Shown: positions 28,758 through 37,562 of the stretch, one piece after another
How positions within the stretch are numbered: the first letter of the stretch is position 1
How the letters are laid out: every line of letters begins with the position of its first letter
Sequence record: NC_019526.1
Length of the DNA: 64,000 nucleotides
Reading direction: 5' to 3' (one strand)
The notes under the pieces: model-generated
The model's database searches: none
Told to the model about the DNA's origin: nothing
Seen by the model: the letters and a program-made list of their open reading frames with translations, nothing else
Position numbers and translations under genes: made by a program

Positions 28758-29651
28758 ATGAAAGACTTTTTAAATTTCTCTGTACTATCTGTAAAAGAGC
28801 ACTTTGATATAATTAAAGGAAGCTCTTTAAGCAATCCACCATTTAATTCAATTCATAAAAAAACTTATAGAAATGCAATAATTTATGAACTAATGGACTA
28901 TGATATTTGTTTTTATAAACACGACGGTGATAGTACTGAATTTAGTATTCAGGATCATTCATTTAATCTACCGTGTTATTCATTAGTTGAATCAAGAAAT
29001 TATAGTTCTTATTGTTCACATGATTATTCGTACAGAAAAGATTTATACACAAATGAATTGTCTTACAAACAATTCACATTAAATGGTATTGATTATGCAA
29101 AAAACACATTTAATGCAAGTGTAAGATATCACAGTATTTCTGATAAAATCAAATACAACCGAATTCTTACTGACTATAATTACTGCATTCGTTCATTATA
29201 TAGTGATATCAATAATATAAGTGCAACTGCAATTGAATCAGAATTCTTCAACAGAAATTTTCAAATTTTAGAAAAATCTAAAATTAGTACTGGATTTGTA
29301 TTCGAATCTAATTTTGATATTAGTATACCAAAAGAAAATAATAATAAATTATTAACAAGTGTTCACGTTAATCTAAAGAAAGAAACAAAAGATAGTAACA
29401 CATTATTTGAAATGAAATGGAATTATGATGATAGATTGGTATTTGAATTAGATACTCCAGATGCAAGTATTATGCATTTATATAATACACTATACACATT
29501 TCAATCTGAATTGTTGTTTGGTAAAACCGATTATTATCATTTTAAAAATTCATTAATTTATCTGGAAAAAATATTAGAGTATTATAAATCAGAATTACCC
29601 ATAATCAGTATTGTGTTAGAAAATATTAAGAGGAACAAAGATGGAAACTAA
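28758..29651 (+). CDS. hypothetical protein
   Basis: 297-aa ORF; no recognised motif. Confidence 0.75.
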   Translation: MKDFLNFSVLSVKEHFDIIKGSSLSNPPFNSIHKKTYRNAIIYELMDYDICFYKHDGDSTEFSIQDHSFNLPCYSLVESRNYSSYCSHDYSYRKDLYTNELSYKQFTLNGIDYAKNTFNASVRYHSISDKIKYNRILTDYNYCIRSLYSDINNISATAIESEFFNRNFQILEKSKISTGFVFESNFDISIPKENNNKLLTSVHVNLKKETKDSNTLFEMKWNYDDRLVFELDTPDASIMHLYNTLYTFQSELLFGKTDYYHFKNSLIYLEKILEYYKSELPIISIVLENIKRNKDGN

Positions 29652-29949
29652 TTTTAAAATTGTATTCAAGGAATTTTTAATTCCATACCTTGGAAAGAGA
29701 TTCATTCCTTATAATGCGAAGAAAGTACAACACCCAGATGGTACTGAACTGTATTTGGTTGAAAGCACAGAACAAGATGCACTTGATTTATTCCTAATGC
29801 ATATCAAGAATGCAAATTCAGACGTTTATAACAAATATTTTGAGTACTTGTATAATGAATATATTCTTGAATTCCAGGATGAAAATATGTTCAGATTAGC
29901 AATGAGTGATTATTCTGAATGGTCAAATATCGTAATTGGAACAAACTAA
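29641..29949 (+). CDS. hypothetical protein
   Basis: GAGG SD. Confidence 0.7.
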   Translation: METNFKIVFKEFLIPYLGKRFIPYNAKKVQHPDGTELYLVESTEQDALDLFLMHIKNANSDVYNKYFEYLYNEYILEFQDENMFRLAMSDYSEWSNIVIGTN

Positions 29950-29971
29950 ACTAACAAGAAGGATTAAAATT

Positions 29972-30358
29972 ATGCGTGATGAAAAGACAAGTAAAATTCT
30001 AAAAGCAATCGGTGGTGTTCTTATTATTGATGTAAAAGGAGAACCAAAACTTTGTGCTATGGAAGATCTAAAAAAATCAAAATTCTTTGATATTGGATCA
30101 CTCTTCAATGCTATCCGAGTGCTGAATAATAAAGAAGTTGAAGATTATGGTCTTAAATGGCCTACATACCGTGATGCTTCAGGTGAAATCAGCAATTCAT
30201 GGAAAACAATTCAGGAAGTACACAGTCGTTCTGATAATGATTGGGACTTTATCGTTGCTGTCTGTGAACAACTAAATGAAGAAGTACCTGAAGTACTGGA
30301 GAAATATATTGTATTACAAAATCTGGATAGTTTTCGTAATGGAACTTTGCAGTACTAA
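29972..30358 (+). CDS. hypothetical protein
   Basis: AAGGA SD before ATG 29972. Confidence 0.7.
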   Translation: MRDEKTSKILKAIGGVLIIDVKGEPKLCAMEDLKKSKFFDIGSLFNAIRVLNNKEVEDYGLKWPTYRDASGEISNSWKTIQEVHSRSDNDWDFIVAVCEQLNEEVPEVLEKYIVLQNLDSFRNGTLQY

Positions 30359-30387
30359 TTAACAAAAAAACATAAAGGAATATAATA

Positions 30388-30675
30388 ATGAAAGAACAAG
30401 ATATGGATATGGAATACGATTTTATTAAAATTGAAGAAGGTGAAGAGAGTGAACAAGTAAGTACACAACTTGTTGCTAATACAAAACGTTCAATGATTGC
30501 CCGCAAACCAACCAGAACGCAGGAGGAATATGAATCGTTTATTGAATCAAAATACACAGAAGTCCATTATATGCAAGATGGTACACCATATGACGTCACC
30601 GTTACAGTACTGAAACCTGAAGTTAATGATCTTGAAGGTTTAAAACAGTGCTACGCATACCAAACACGTAGTTAA
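30388..30675 (+). CDS. acidic hypothetical protein
   Basis: AAGGA SD; followed by a terminator. Confidence 0.7.
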   Translation: MKEQDMDMEYDFIKIEEGEESEQVSTQLVANTKRSMIARKPTRTQEEYESFIESKYTEVHYMQDGTPYDVTVTVLKPEVNDLEGLKQCYAYQTRS

Positions 30676-30684
30676 TATATTAAA

Positions 30685-30713
30685 GGCAGAGATGTACTTC
30701 TCTGCCAATTTTT
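30685..30713 (+). terminator. intrinsic terminator
   Basis: GGCAGAGA-tgtact-TCTCTGCC + AATTTTT. Confidence 0.65.
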
Positions 30714-30744
30714 AATTTAAAACAAAATAAGGTTTAGTAGATAT

Positions 30745-31605
30745 ATGAAATTATATTTTTTATTTTCTTTTGCTGAAGATATGTATGGATTTGCAGAAGT
30801 TGCAGAAAGTGATGGAATCTCATCACATACCAGGCATCAAAAACACCCACATGAGTTTTATAATAATTTATTCATGTTTATGCAATATAAAATTTTCTCA
30901 TCTGAATTTGATAATTTAGATCACCCATGGGAATTACCTTTAATTGATATTCCAGACGAATACGTATTTCAGTTCATGTTAATGGGTCTGGAAGACTATG
31001 ACTTAGTTGTTTATAACTACAGAACTAAACGCATTATGCTTGGAACTCACGATAGTTCCATTGTATATGTTTCAAGTACCAATGATGAGTTAGCGTCTGA
31101 TGAAGGTAATTATAGAAAATCTTATGGTTATATAGAAAATGATAATGATTTTATTTTAGATTTTCGTGTATCAGAAGAAGAAAGAAGAAAAAGAGAAACT
31201 TATCAAGTGGAGTTAAAACCAGATAATGGTTATAATGAAATTTTGGAAGTACTTAAACCATACTACCTTGATATTGTTTATAAGAAATATAAACGCCTGT
31301 TAAATCATCTTAGCGAAAAAGAACCAATTGGTTTTGAAACCAATTCATTACGTAATAGCATCATATTTCCACCTAGAGTAATGAAATATGGCGAGGTTTC
31401 TAAACACAAGATGAAACTATATCCCGATGATATTGAAGTTCTATATCATTCGTGGTTGAATAATGATGAACTATATGTAGAAAATAAAAAGTTAATGCGT
31501 ATAAGTAATAATGATGATAGATTGCTACAAGCGTGGTATAATGATTCATATTCTGCATTTACTGACAGTAATTCTGAGTATTGGAAGAACACAGGACAAA
31601 AATAA
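30745..31605 (+). CDS. hypothetical protein with an N-proximal family A-like motif
   Basis: IPDEYVFQFMLMG at about residue 70 of 286. Confidence 0.7.
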   Translation: MKLYFLFSFAEDMYGFAEVAESDGISSHTRHQKHPHEFYNNLFMFMQYKIFSSEFDNLDHPWELPLIDIPDEYVFQFMLMGLEDYDLVVYNYRTKRIMLGTHDSSIVYVSSTNDELASDEGNYRKSYGYIENDNDFILDFRVSEEERRKRETYQVELKPDNGYNEILEVLKPYYLDIVYKKYKRLLNHLSEKEPIGFETNSLRNSIIFPPRVMKYGEVSKHKMKLYPDDIEVLYHSWLNNDELYVENKKLMRISNNDDRLLQAWYNDSYSAFTDSNSEYWKNTGQK

Positions 31606-31608
31606 ACC

Positions 31609-31636
31609 AAGGACGGCGTAAAAACCGTCCTTTTTT
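31609..31636 (+). terminator. intrinsic terminator
   Basis: AAGGACGG-cgtaaaaa-CCGTCCTT + TTTT. Confidence 0.85.
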
Positions 31637-31692
31637 AATACATAAATATCTGAACGAAAAATAGATTTAAGATATAATGTTTATAATTACAA

Positions 31693-32067
31693 GGATGTTG
31701 GATGCACAGGATGTGCATACACTAAAAACCTGATCCACTCGAAACAAGTAGAGGGCAGATGAGTATACCAACAATACGCCGTGTAGAGGATACCCGTTTA
31801 GGCGAGTCGACACGTTAAAGGGCAAAGGTAGCACGATTGCCCCAATCTCTCAGGAGATTGATAGGACGCGAATCCAGTTAAGTCTGGACATTAAGTGTAA
31901 AAGGGAGATTATTTTCTTTTAGATATTTTGGAAATAATCACAGTATTGAATTGCTTGAATAGTTCGGTACTGAAGTGCAAGTATGTTTAAACTTGTGACC
32001 GTTGCATGTGACTGCGATAAGGGGAAACCGGGCAACCCGCCTCTGCCTAATAAATTAAATTTATTAG
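31693..32067 (+). ncRNA. candidate structured non-coding RNA (~370 nt), family not recognised
   Basis: No ORF; GC-richer than its flanks; at least 8 stems, several with G-U pairs; TATAAT at 31682 upstream; 3' hairpin at 32047-32067. Confidence 0.55.
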
Positions 32068-32128
32068 AATTCGCAATTCAAGGAATTTCGACAGCTACGA
32101 GCTTCAAGGCTTAGCTTTTTATTTCTCT

Positions 32129-32330
32129 TCCCCTCCCTGTGGGGGGATGAAAATATCTCGTGCAAACGCCTTCAAGTATTGAAATTCACGAAGTGAATTG
32201 AAATTACTTGTTCTGTAGTCGAACGACAGTGAGACGTGAGAACAAGTAATTTCTGCATGTATCAACGAAGTGACAACGAGTTGATACATAGCACTTTAAA
32301 ACATTATTGAATTCAATAATTAATATTATT
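32129..32330. repeat. cluster of perfect inverted repeats (candidate origin/cruciform element)
   Basis: Stems 32171-83, 32183-99, 32200-14/32239-53 (15 bp), 32257-66/32280-89; palindrome 32303-20; ACGAAGTGA occurs twice. Confidence 0.7.
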
Positions 32331-32344
32331 ATGGTTTTAAAGAA

Positions 32345-32956
32345 ATGAATTTAGAAGAACAGAAAAAAATCGCTTCAAGAAAACAAAAGAAAGGAATTGA
32401 TATTAAGTACTTGAATAAGGAATTTCAAATAGTTCATAATCCAGATAGCTCTTTTTGTGGTTACAGAATACGAACAGAACAAAATACATTATCTAATATA
32501 AGCGAGTATGAAAATGGTACTGAAATAGGAATTATTAACTTCAGACCAACTCAAACACCAACAATACTCGGAGCTAGATATAAACAATATTTTGAAGAGA
32601 GATATGCCAATGGAAACATTTCTCTTCATTATACATTTTATAAAAGCGTACTAATTGGTGAATACAAGAAATATGATTCAGATGGGAATTTAACACTAAG
32701 AGAATTCTATGATGGAAATGGTGATTGTACTAAAGAAATAAAAGAATTCATTGGTTTTAATGGAACCGATGAGGAATTTATGCATTACGAATTTAAAGAA
32801 GATGAAGAATTTAATATATTAATGCGATATGGTTCTCACTTCAAATTAATAAAAGAAATAAAATTTAAAACAGAATATTTTAATTACGTATATGAAAATT
32901 GCCTCAAACGTGGCTATATACGCAATGATTTAAATAAAAAGAAATTCAAACACTGA
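32345..32956 (+). CDS. MORN-variant (YwqK-like) repeat protein
   Basis: EYENG...YANGNISLHYTFYKSVLIGEYKKYDSDGNLTLREFYDGNG repeats. Confidence 0.65.
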   Translation: MNLEEQKKIASRKQKKGIDIKYLNKEFQIVHNPDSSFCGYRIRTEQNTLSNISEYENGTEIGIINFRPTQTPTILGARYKQYFEERYANGNISLHYTFYKSVLIGEYKKYDSDGNLTLREFYDGNGDCTKEIKEFIGFNGTDEEFMHYEFKEDEEFNILMRYGSHFKLIKEIKFKTEYFNYVYENCLKRGYIRNDLNKKKFKH

Positions 32957-32979
32957 GTTCAAATAAGGAAAACAATTTC

Positions 32980-33498
32980 ATGGAAAAGAAGAAAAATAAA
33001 CACGCGGTACATTTCAGTACAAGAAAAAATGATCTATGGACAACACCAAAACCATTGTTTGATAAACTAAATGCTTTGTGGAATTTTACAGTAGATGTTG
33101 CTTGCAGTAATGAAACAGCTTTGTGTCTTAAACACTACACACCAGAAGATGATGGTTTATCACAGGACTGGAGTAACGAAACATTTTGGTTAAATCCACC
33201 TTATAGTGATTTATCTCCTTGGTTATCAAAAAGCGTTGAAGACTATAACAGAGGTGCTACTGGTTTGATTTTGGTTCCAGCAAGAACTGATACCAGAGCT
33301 TTTCAGAATTTTGCTTCTCCTTTTTGTGATGCTATGTGTTTTATAAAAGGAAGGCTTAAATTTGGTAATCCACTAAAACCGAATGATAAACTAACATCAG
33401 CACCATTTCCTTCATGTATTATAGTACTGGATAAGAATCTAACACAAGCGAAAATAGATTGCCTAAAATCTTTAGGAAACACTATGGTTAACATATGA
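32980..33498 (+). CDS. phage DNA N6-adenine methyltransferase (small Dam-like family)
   Basis: WTTP..LF..L...F.VDVA, DGLSQDW, WLNPPYS, L.PARTDT motifs. Confidence 0.9.
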   Translation: MEKKKNKHAVHFSTRKNDLWTTPKPLFDKLNALWNFTVDVACSNETALCLKHYTPEDDGLSQDWSNETFWLNPPYSDLSPWLSKSVEDYNRGATGLILVPARTDTRAFQNFASPFCDAMCFIKGRLKFGNPLKPNDKLTSAPFPSCIIVLDKNLTQAKIDCLKSLGNTMVNI

Positions 33499-34031
33499 AT
33501 AAATGTATAATTACTTTTGGTAGAATAAATCCAATTCATTTAGGTCATGGGATTTTATTCAATAAAGTACAAGATATTAGTACTGAATTAAATGCAGATT
33601 TTCGAATTTATCTCAGTACTACACAAGATCCAAAGAAAAATCCACTTCCACCTAATCTAAAACAATATTACACTTCAAATTTTTATCCAAACATTAAAGA
33701 TGTATTGAGTACTGAAAGTAATGTAATTAATATTATGCAAGATTTGGATTCTAAGTACAATGATATTATTTTTGTTTGTGGATCAGATAGAATAAATTCC
33801 TTTAAAAAAGCACTTGACAGTGCTAATGGAAAATTATATAATTTCGATTCAATACAAGTAATTCAGGCTGGGATTGAAAGAGAATGTAGCAAATATAGTA
33901 GTACTGTAATGCGTTCGTATGCACTTGATGGTGATTACAACTCATTTAGTACCTTTTTACCTGGAAAAGATGTTTATTTAAAAGAACAGCTATTTGAAGA
34001 TGTTCGACTGTATTTGGGAGTACAAAAATGA
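33495..34031 (+). CDS. HIGH-motif nucleotidyltransferase (phage cytidyltransferase-like)
   Basis: TFGRINPIHLGH, NPL, VCGSDR, SST.MR. Confidence 0.85.
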   Translation: MNKCIITFGRINPIHLGHGILFNKVQDISTELNADFRIYLSTTQDPKKNPLPPNLKQYYTSNFYPNIKDVLSTESNVINIMQDLDSKYNDIIFVCGSDRINSFKKALDSANGKLYNFDSIQVIQAGIERECSKYSSTVMRSYALDGDYNSFSTFLPGKDVYLKEQLFEDVRLYLGVQK

Positions 34032-34318
34032 TTCTGTTTAACACCAATGCACTACATTGGGATGAAAATGAAAAAACTGGATTCAGGAAAATTTCAGTAC
34101 TATATAAATCAAACAATGTATTGAATATTATTGCAAATAAAACGAATAATCAATGGATGACACAAGTGGTACCTATGGGTTATTCATATACAAAAGATGA
34201 AGTTGAATTTCTTGTTGAATTGTACAAAATTATAGTACCTATTATGGATTTTTTAGAACAAGATATCGTAATGGAACATTCCGATGTTCTTGATTTTCTG
34301 GAATCCATAAATGTCTAA
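34028..34318 (+). CDS. hypothetical protein
   Basis: Coupled ORF in the operon. Confidence 0.65.
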   Translation: MILFNTNALHWDENEKTGFRKISVLYKSNNVLNIIANKTNNQWMTQVVPMGYSYTKDEVEFLVELYKIIVPIMDFLEQDIVMEHSDVLDFLESINV

Positions 34319-34571
34319 AATAGATATTTCATCTATATTCAATGAATCATGGCTTGAGCTTCGAGATGAACTGGCTATCATTGAATTTACTGAATTGTGG
34401 TTAATCAAGAGCCAAAAAAAATTCTCAGTAGAATTAAAACATAAATTATATCACGCATATAAAAATTCTCTACCTTGTACCATTAAAACAAAAAACATTA
34501 ATTACGATGGTAAAATAATATACTTAGACGATGGTTGTATATTTTATCTAGTAAAAATTGAATACATTTAA
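34311..34571 (+). CDS. hypothetical protein
   Basis: Coupled ORF in the operon. Confidence 0.65.
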   Translation: MSKIDISSIFNESWLELRDELAIIEFTELWLIKSQKKFSVELKHKLYHAYKNSLPCTIKTKNINYDGKIIYLDDGCIFYLVKIEYI

Positions 34572-34580
34572 GGAATAAAA

Positions 34581-35186
34581 ATGAATACTAATAGTAATAC
34601 TTATTTTCGTTATCTACGTCTGGGTCTATCTCTTCGTCCAGTACGTGGTTATTGTGATGATCTGGAAGATTTTGAATACGCGTGGGCTGTTCATTGTGAA
34701 AATGTACAATACGTACTTAATGATTTTGGTGAATTTGAAAAAGATAATGATGCAACTTCAATGATGAATGCAATTGATAATCTTGATTGTATTGCTAATT
34801 CAGATCGTCATGAAACAGTACTTGCAGTACAAAAATATATTGAAAGCAATCTGAGCAAGCCAGTTTGGTGCATGGTAAGCACTGAAGAACAACTTGGAAT
34901 TACTTTTGGTACTGAAGATGGTTATGTTGCACAATTAATTATGGATTTTAGTACTGAAGAAAAATTCATTTCTTATCGTGATAAAATTTATCAAGCACTA
35001 TTACGCAGTGGTATCAGTGAAGATCAAGTACCAGAAATTGCACCAATGAAAGATTTCTTCCTTATCCCAAGTGATGAAAAATATGATGCAATGTTTTATA
35101 AAATGAATGTGCCAGGTGTTATTGTTGAACATTTTGATGATGATAATACTGAGTGGTTGGACTTGGGTGATGACGAAGACGATTGA
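34581..35186 (+). CDS. acidic hypothetical protein
   Basis: 201-aa ORF with AAGGA SD. Confidence 0.8.
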   Translation: MNTNSNTYFRYLRLGLSLRPVRGYCDDLEDFEYAWAVHCENVQYVLNDFGEFEKDNDATSMMNAIDNLDCIANSDRHETVLAVQKYIESNLSKPVWCMVSTEEQLGITFGTEDGYVAQLIMDFSTEEKFISYRDKIYQALLRSGISEDQVPEIAPMKDFFLIPSDEKYDAMFYKMNVPGVIVEHFDDDNTEWLDLGDDEDD

Positions 35187-35334
35187 TGATTTTTATTGCT
35201 TTATAGAAAATACAACTGCACTATTAGAGTATTTTGACAATAATCCTTATCATAAAATATTAGTGCAGGTTTATGATGATCTTTTTTATGAATATGGTAA
35301 CTATTTTGATTGGTTCGCACATCTTAGTACATAA
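35170..35334 (+). CDS. small hypothetical protein
   Basis: ATG 35170 overlaps the upstream gene. Confidence 0.5.
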   Translation: MTKTIDDFYCFIENTTALLEYFDNNPYHKILVQVYDDLFYEYGNYFDWFAHLST

Positions 35335-35596
35335 CTTTTTATTACTTCTTAATAACAAAATACAAATTAACTATATTTTCAGAGATGATCCTTTATATAA
35401 AAATGAAATCTCTGATATATACAAGAATATGACAACTGAAATCTATCATTATTACATGAATAAAAAATTCAAGTGCTATTATATCAAAGCAATTGTAAAA
35501 CCAGCAAGGTTATATATATGCACTAAAAATGATATGGTTAGTAAAGTTATAGATATCAAAGATTTAAAAGATGAGGTTCTTAGGGATGAATGGTAA
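35273..35596 (+). CDS. family C-like protein (start uncertain)
   Basis: TEIYHYYMNKKFKC. Confidence 0.55.
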   Translation: MMIFFMNMVTILIGSHILVHNFLLLLNNKIQINYIFRDDPLYKNEISDIYKNMTTEIYHYYMNKKFKCYYIKAIVKPARLYICTKNDMVSKVIDIKDLKDEVLRDEW

Positions 35597-35903
35597 TGAA
35601 TGTGTGAAAAAGAAAATAGAATTTATACAAATGACATGTAAGGTAATTTTCGATTTAGCACACAATACCAATATGCCAACCTTGTTCAAAGAAGAATTAT
35701 TATTAAGTACTGAGGTTATTTTTGAAGAATATTTCAGTACTAAATTATATTTAAAATATGGTAACTTTTACAAAATTCACGGCTTTACTATATGTAGTTC
35801 AAATGGAAGTGTCCATATTACAACTTCATACGGCTATTTCGAATTAACAGAAAGTACTGTAAAAAATTTATATGAATATCCATCAAAAATGAGAGTAAAT
35901 TAA
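35586..35903 (+). CDS. family C-like protein
   Basis: FEEYFSTKLYLKYGN. Confidence 0.6.
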   Translation: MNGNECVKKKIEFIQMTCKVIFDLAHNTNMPTLFKEELLLSTEVIFEEYFSTKLYLKYGNFYKIHGFTICSSNGSVHITTSYGYFELTESTVKNLYEYPSKMRVN

Positions 35904-36103
35904 TGAAAAAATGTTCGTGTTGTGGATCTACTCAAATTGCACGTTTTCGATTAGATTCTGATTGGGCCGTTGGTTGTGGTGATTTCTACCCAGTTAATGA
36001 TGATTCAGAATATACTGAAGAACAACTGAAAGATTTTGATAATAGTTGGAGACCAGATTTTGAGTTTCTATATTGTTTGAATTGTAATTCGGTACAGGAA
36101 TGA
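35903..36103 (+). CDS. small zinc-ribbon protein
   Basis: CSCCGS...CLNCNS. Confidence 0.7.
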   Translation: MKKCSCCGSTQIARFRLDSDWAVGCGDFYPVNDDSEYTEEQLKDFDNSWRPDFEFLYCLNCNSVQE

Positions 36104-36369
36104 TTAAACCACATTATCATTGTATTCACTACTTAGGAACGACTATTTGTAATGAATTTACGAAAAATAAACATCATCAATTCAGTACTGTAATACGTGA
36201 TATATTGTTATACATTGAAAAAGAATTAACATTATTTTATAAAAATACCGTATATACTTATTGTAATAAAAAGTACAAAATACTCAATTTATCATTTGAT
36301 GATAGAGGATTTTTATATGTAATGAGTACTGAATATTATACTCATTTGGTTCTGCATACGGATTTATAA
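36100..36369 (+). CDS. family C protein
   Basis: IEKELTLFYKNTVY. Confidence 0.7.
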   Translation: MIKPHYHCIHYLGTTICNEFTKNKHHQFSTVIRDILLYIEKELTLFYKNTVYTYCNKKYKILNLSFDDRGFLYVMSTEYYTHLVLHTDL

Positions 36370-36638
36370 TGAACAAACAATTATTATATTGTAAAGTGGT
36401 TTATTACTTGACTAATTCAGTACTGAATATGAATAACACACATTTTAACTATTCACTATGTATTAGAAGTATTTTAGATAACATAGAAGATGAACTAAAT
36501 GTGTTATATACTGGAAAAACATTCACAAAAAACAATATCCGACACAAATGTAATGGTATTGTTATAACATATGGGCGTATATTTGCTTTATACGGTATAC
36601 GTTACACTTGCTATTTTCATAGGGCTAAATTTAAATGA
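36369..36638 (+). CDS. family C protein
   Basis: IEDELNVLYTGKTF; paralog of 36100..36369. Confidence 0.7.
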   Translation: MNKQLLYCKVVYYLTNSVLNMNNTHFNYSLCIRSILDNIEDELNVLYTGKTFTKNNIRHKCNGIVITYGRIFALYGIRYTCYFHRAKFK

Positions 36639-37252
36639 AAACAGATTATTCAAAACTAAGAACAAAACTTTATGGAATTATAGAGGGGCTATCTCTAATC
36701 GATCCAAAGTACTATGAATTGCGTCGTTTACTTGCATTCGCCGAACAATATCATTGTAATACACGAAAAGATGGTTCTGAAGAATTCTCTCATCAATTGC
36801 AAATGCTTGGATTGGCTCTTACGCTTCATGAATCGCTGTGTAAGCCGTTTGAAGTATACATGGCAATTGTATCTCATGATTTAATCGAAGACTATCCAGA
36901 AGCTTCTGAAACGCTTGAGATGTTATTCCCTGATGTAATCCAATATAGTCGTAAACTGGCTAAATTTAAAGATTCAAATACTGATGAAGATTCATACTAT
37001 GGATACTTTAATCAGCTTTCTAATTGTCAAGTATGTTCAATTGTAAAACTAGTAGATAGAGTGCACAATTTGAGTACCGCACCTGGTGTATTCAGTACAG
37101 AAAAAATTATAAGTTATTGTGATGAAACTGATAAGTATTTCTTTGATATGATAAAAAAATCCAAAGTTATGTTCAATCAGCGTTCAGCTTATGAAGTTCT
37201 AAAATTCATGTTGAATACCGAAGTCAGTACTATCAGGAATTTATTAAAATGA
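36635..37252 (+). CDS. stand-alone HD-domain (p)ppGpp hydrolase-like protein (Mesh1/SpoT-HD)
   Basis: AEQYH..TRKDG.E..SH, SHDLIED, VKLVDRVHNL. Confidence 0.85.
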   Translation: MKTDYSKLRTKLYGIIEGLSLIDPKYYELRRLLAFAEQYHCNTRKDGSEEFSHQLQMLGLALTLHESLCKPFEVYMAIVSHDLIEDYPEASETLEMLFPDVIQYSRKLAKFKDSNTDEDSYYGYFNQLSNCQVCSIVKLVDRVHNLSTAPGVFSTEKIISYCDETDKYFFDMIKKSKVMFNQRSAYEVLKFMLNTEVSTIRNLLK

Positions 37253-37455
37253 AAATAGTTTTAGAATTTGCATTTATTATTTTTGGTTTCATTTGGTTCA
37301 CTGCTATTTCAATTTTTGCTGGATATCTCATTATTAAACCGGATATGTTGATTTTCTACTGGATTTTGACTTTAATTGCATTCATCAGTGTTGTCTGTTT
37401 GTCTTATAAACTGGTATATCTATATGCAGATGAAATCAAAAAATATAACACTTAG
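37249..37455 (+). CDS. small membrane protein
   Basis: Two hydrophobic segments. Confidence 0.7.
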   Translation: MKIVLEFAFIIFGFIWFTAISIFAGYLIIKPDMLIFYWILTLIAFISVVCLSYKLVYLYADEIKKYNT

Positions 37456-37562
37456 TTGGCTTTATGTTGAAAAGATTTAAAATCGATATTGAATAAACAT
37501 TTCTCCTTGTGATATAATACTATATGTAAAAGGATTTTACATAAGCACAAGGAGAGTCAAAG

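Noticed and set aside
28758-29651. TLYTFQSELL as a family A motif
   Set aside because: It lacks the upstream acidic pair and the S/T-L-Y tail; probably chance.
32015-32048. AAGGGGAAACCGGGCAACCCGCCTCTG resembles a cobalamin riboswitch core
   Set aside because: The partner strand for the CCGG stem and the rest of the B12 box are missing.
31660-32067. Group I/II intron or RNase P RNA
   Set aside because: No P7 (R/S) elements, no domain V, no GAGGAAAGUCC, and no interrupted host gene on either side.
32080-32120. AGGAATTTCGAC resembles the tmRNA 3' region
   Set aside because: No T-arm (GGTTCRANTCC), no acceptor stem with CCA, and no matching GGGG 5' end.
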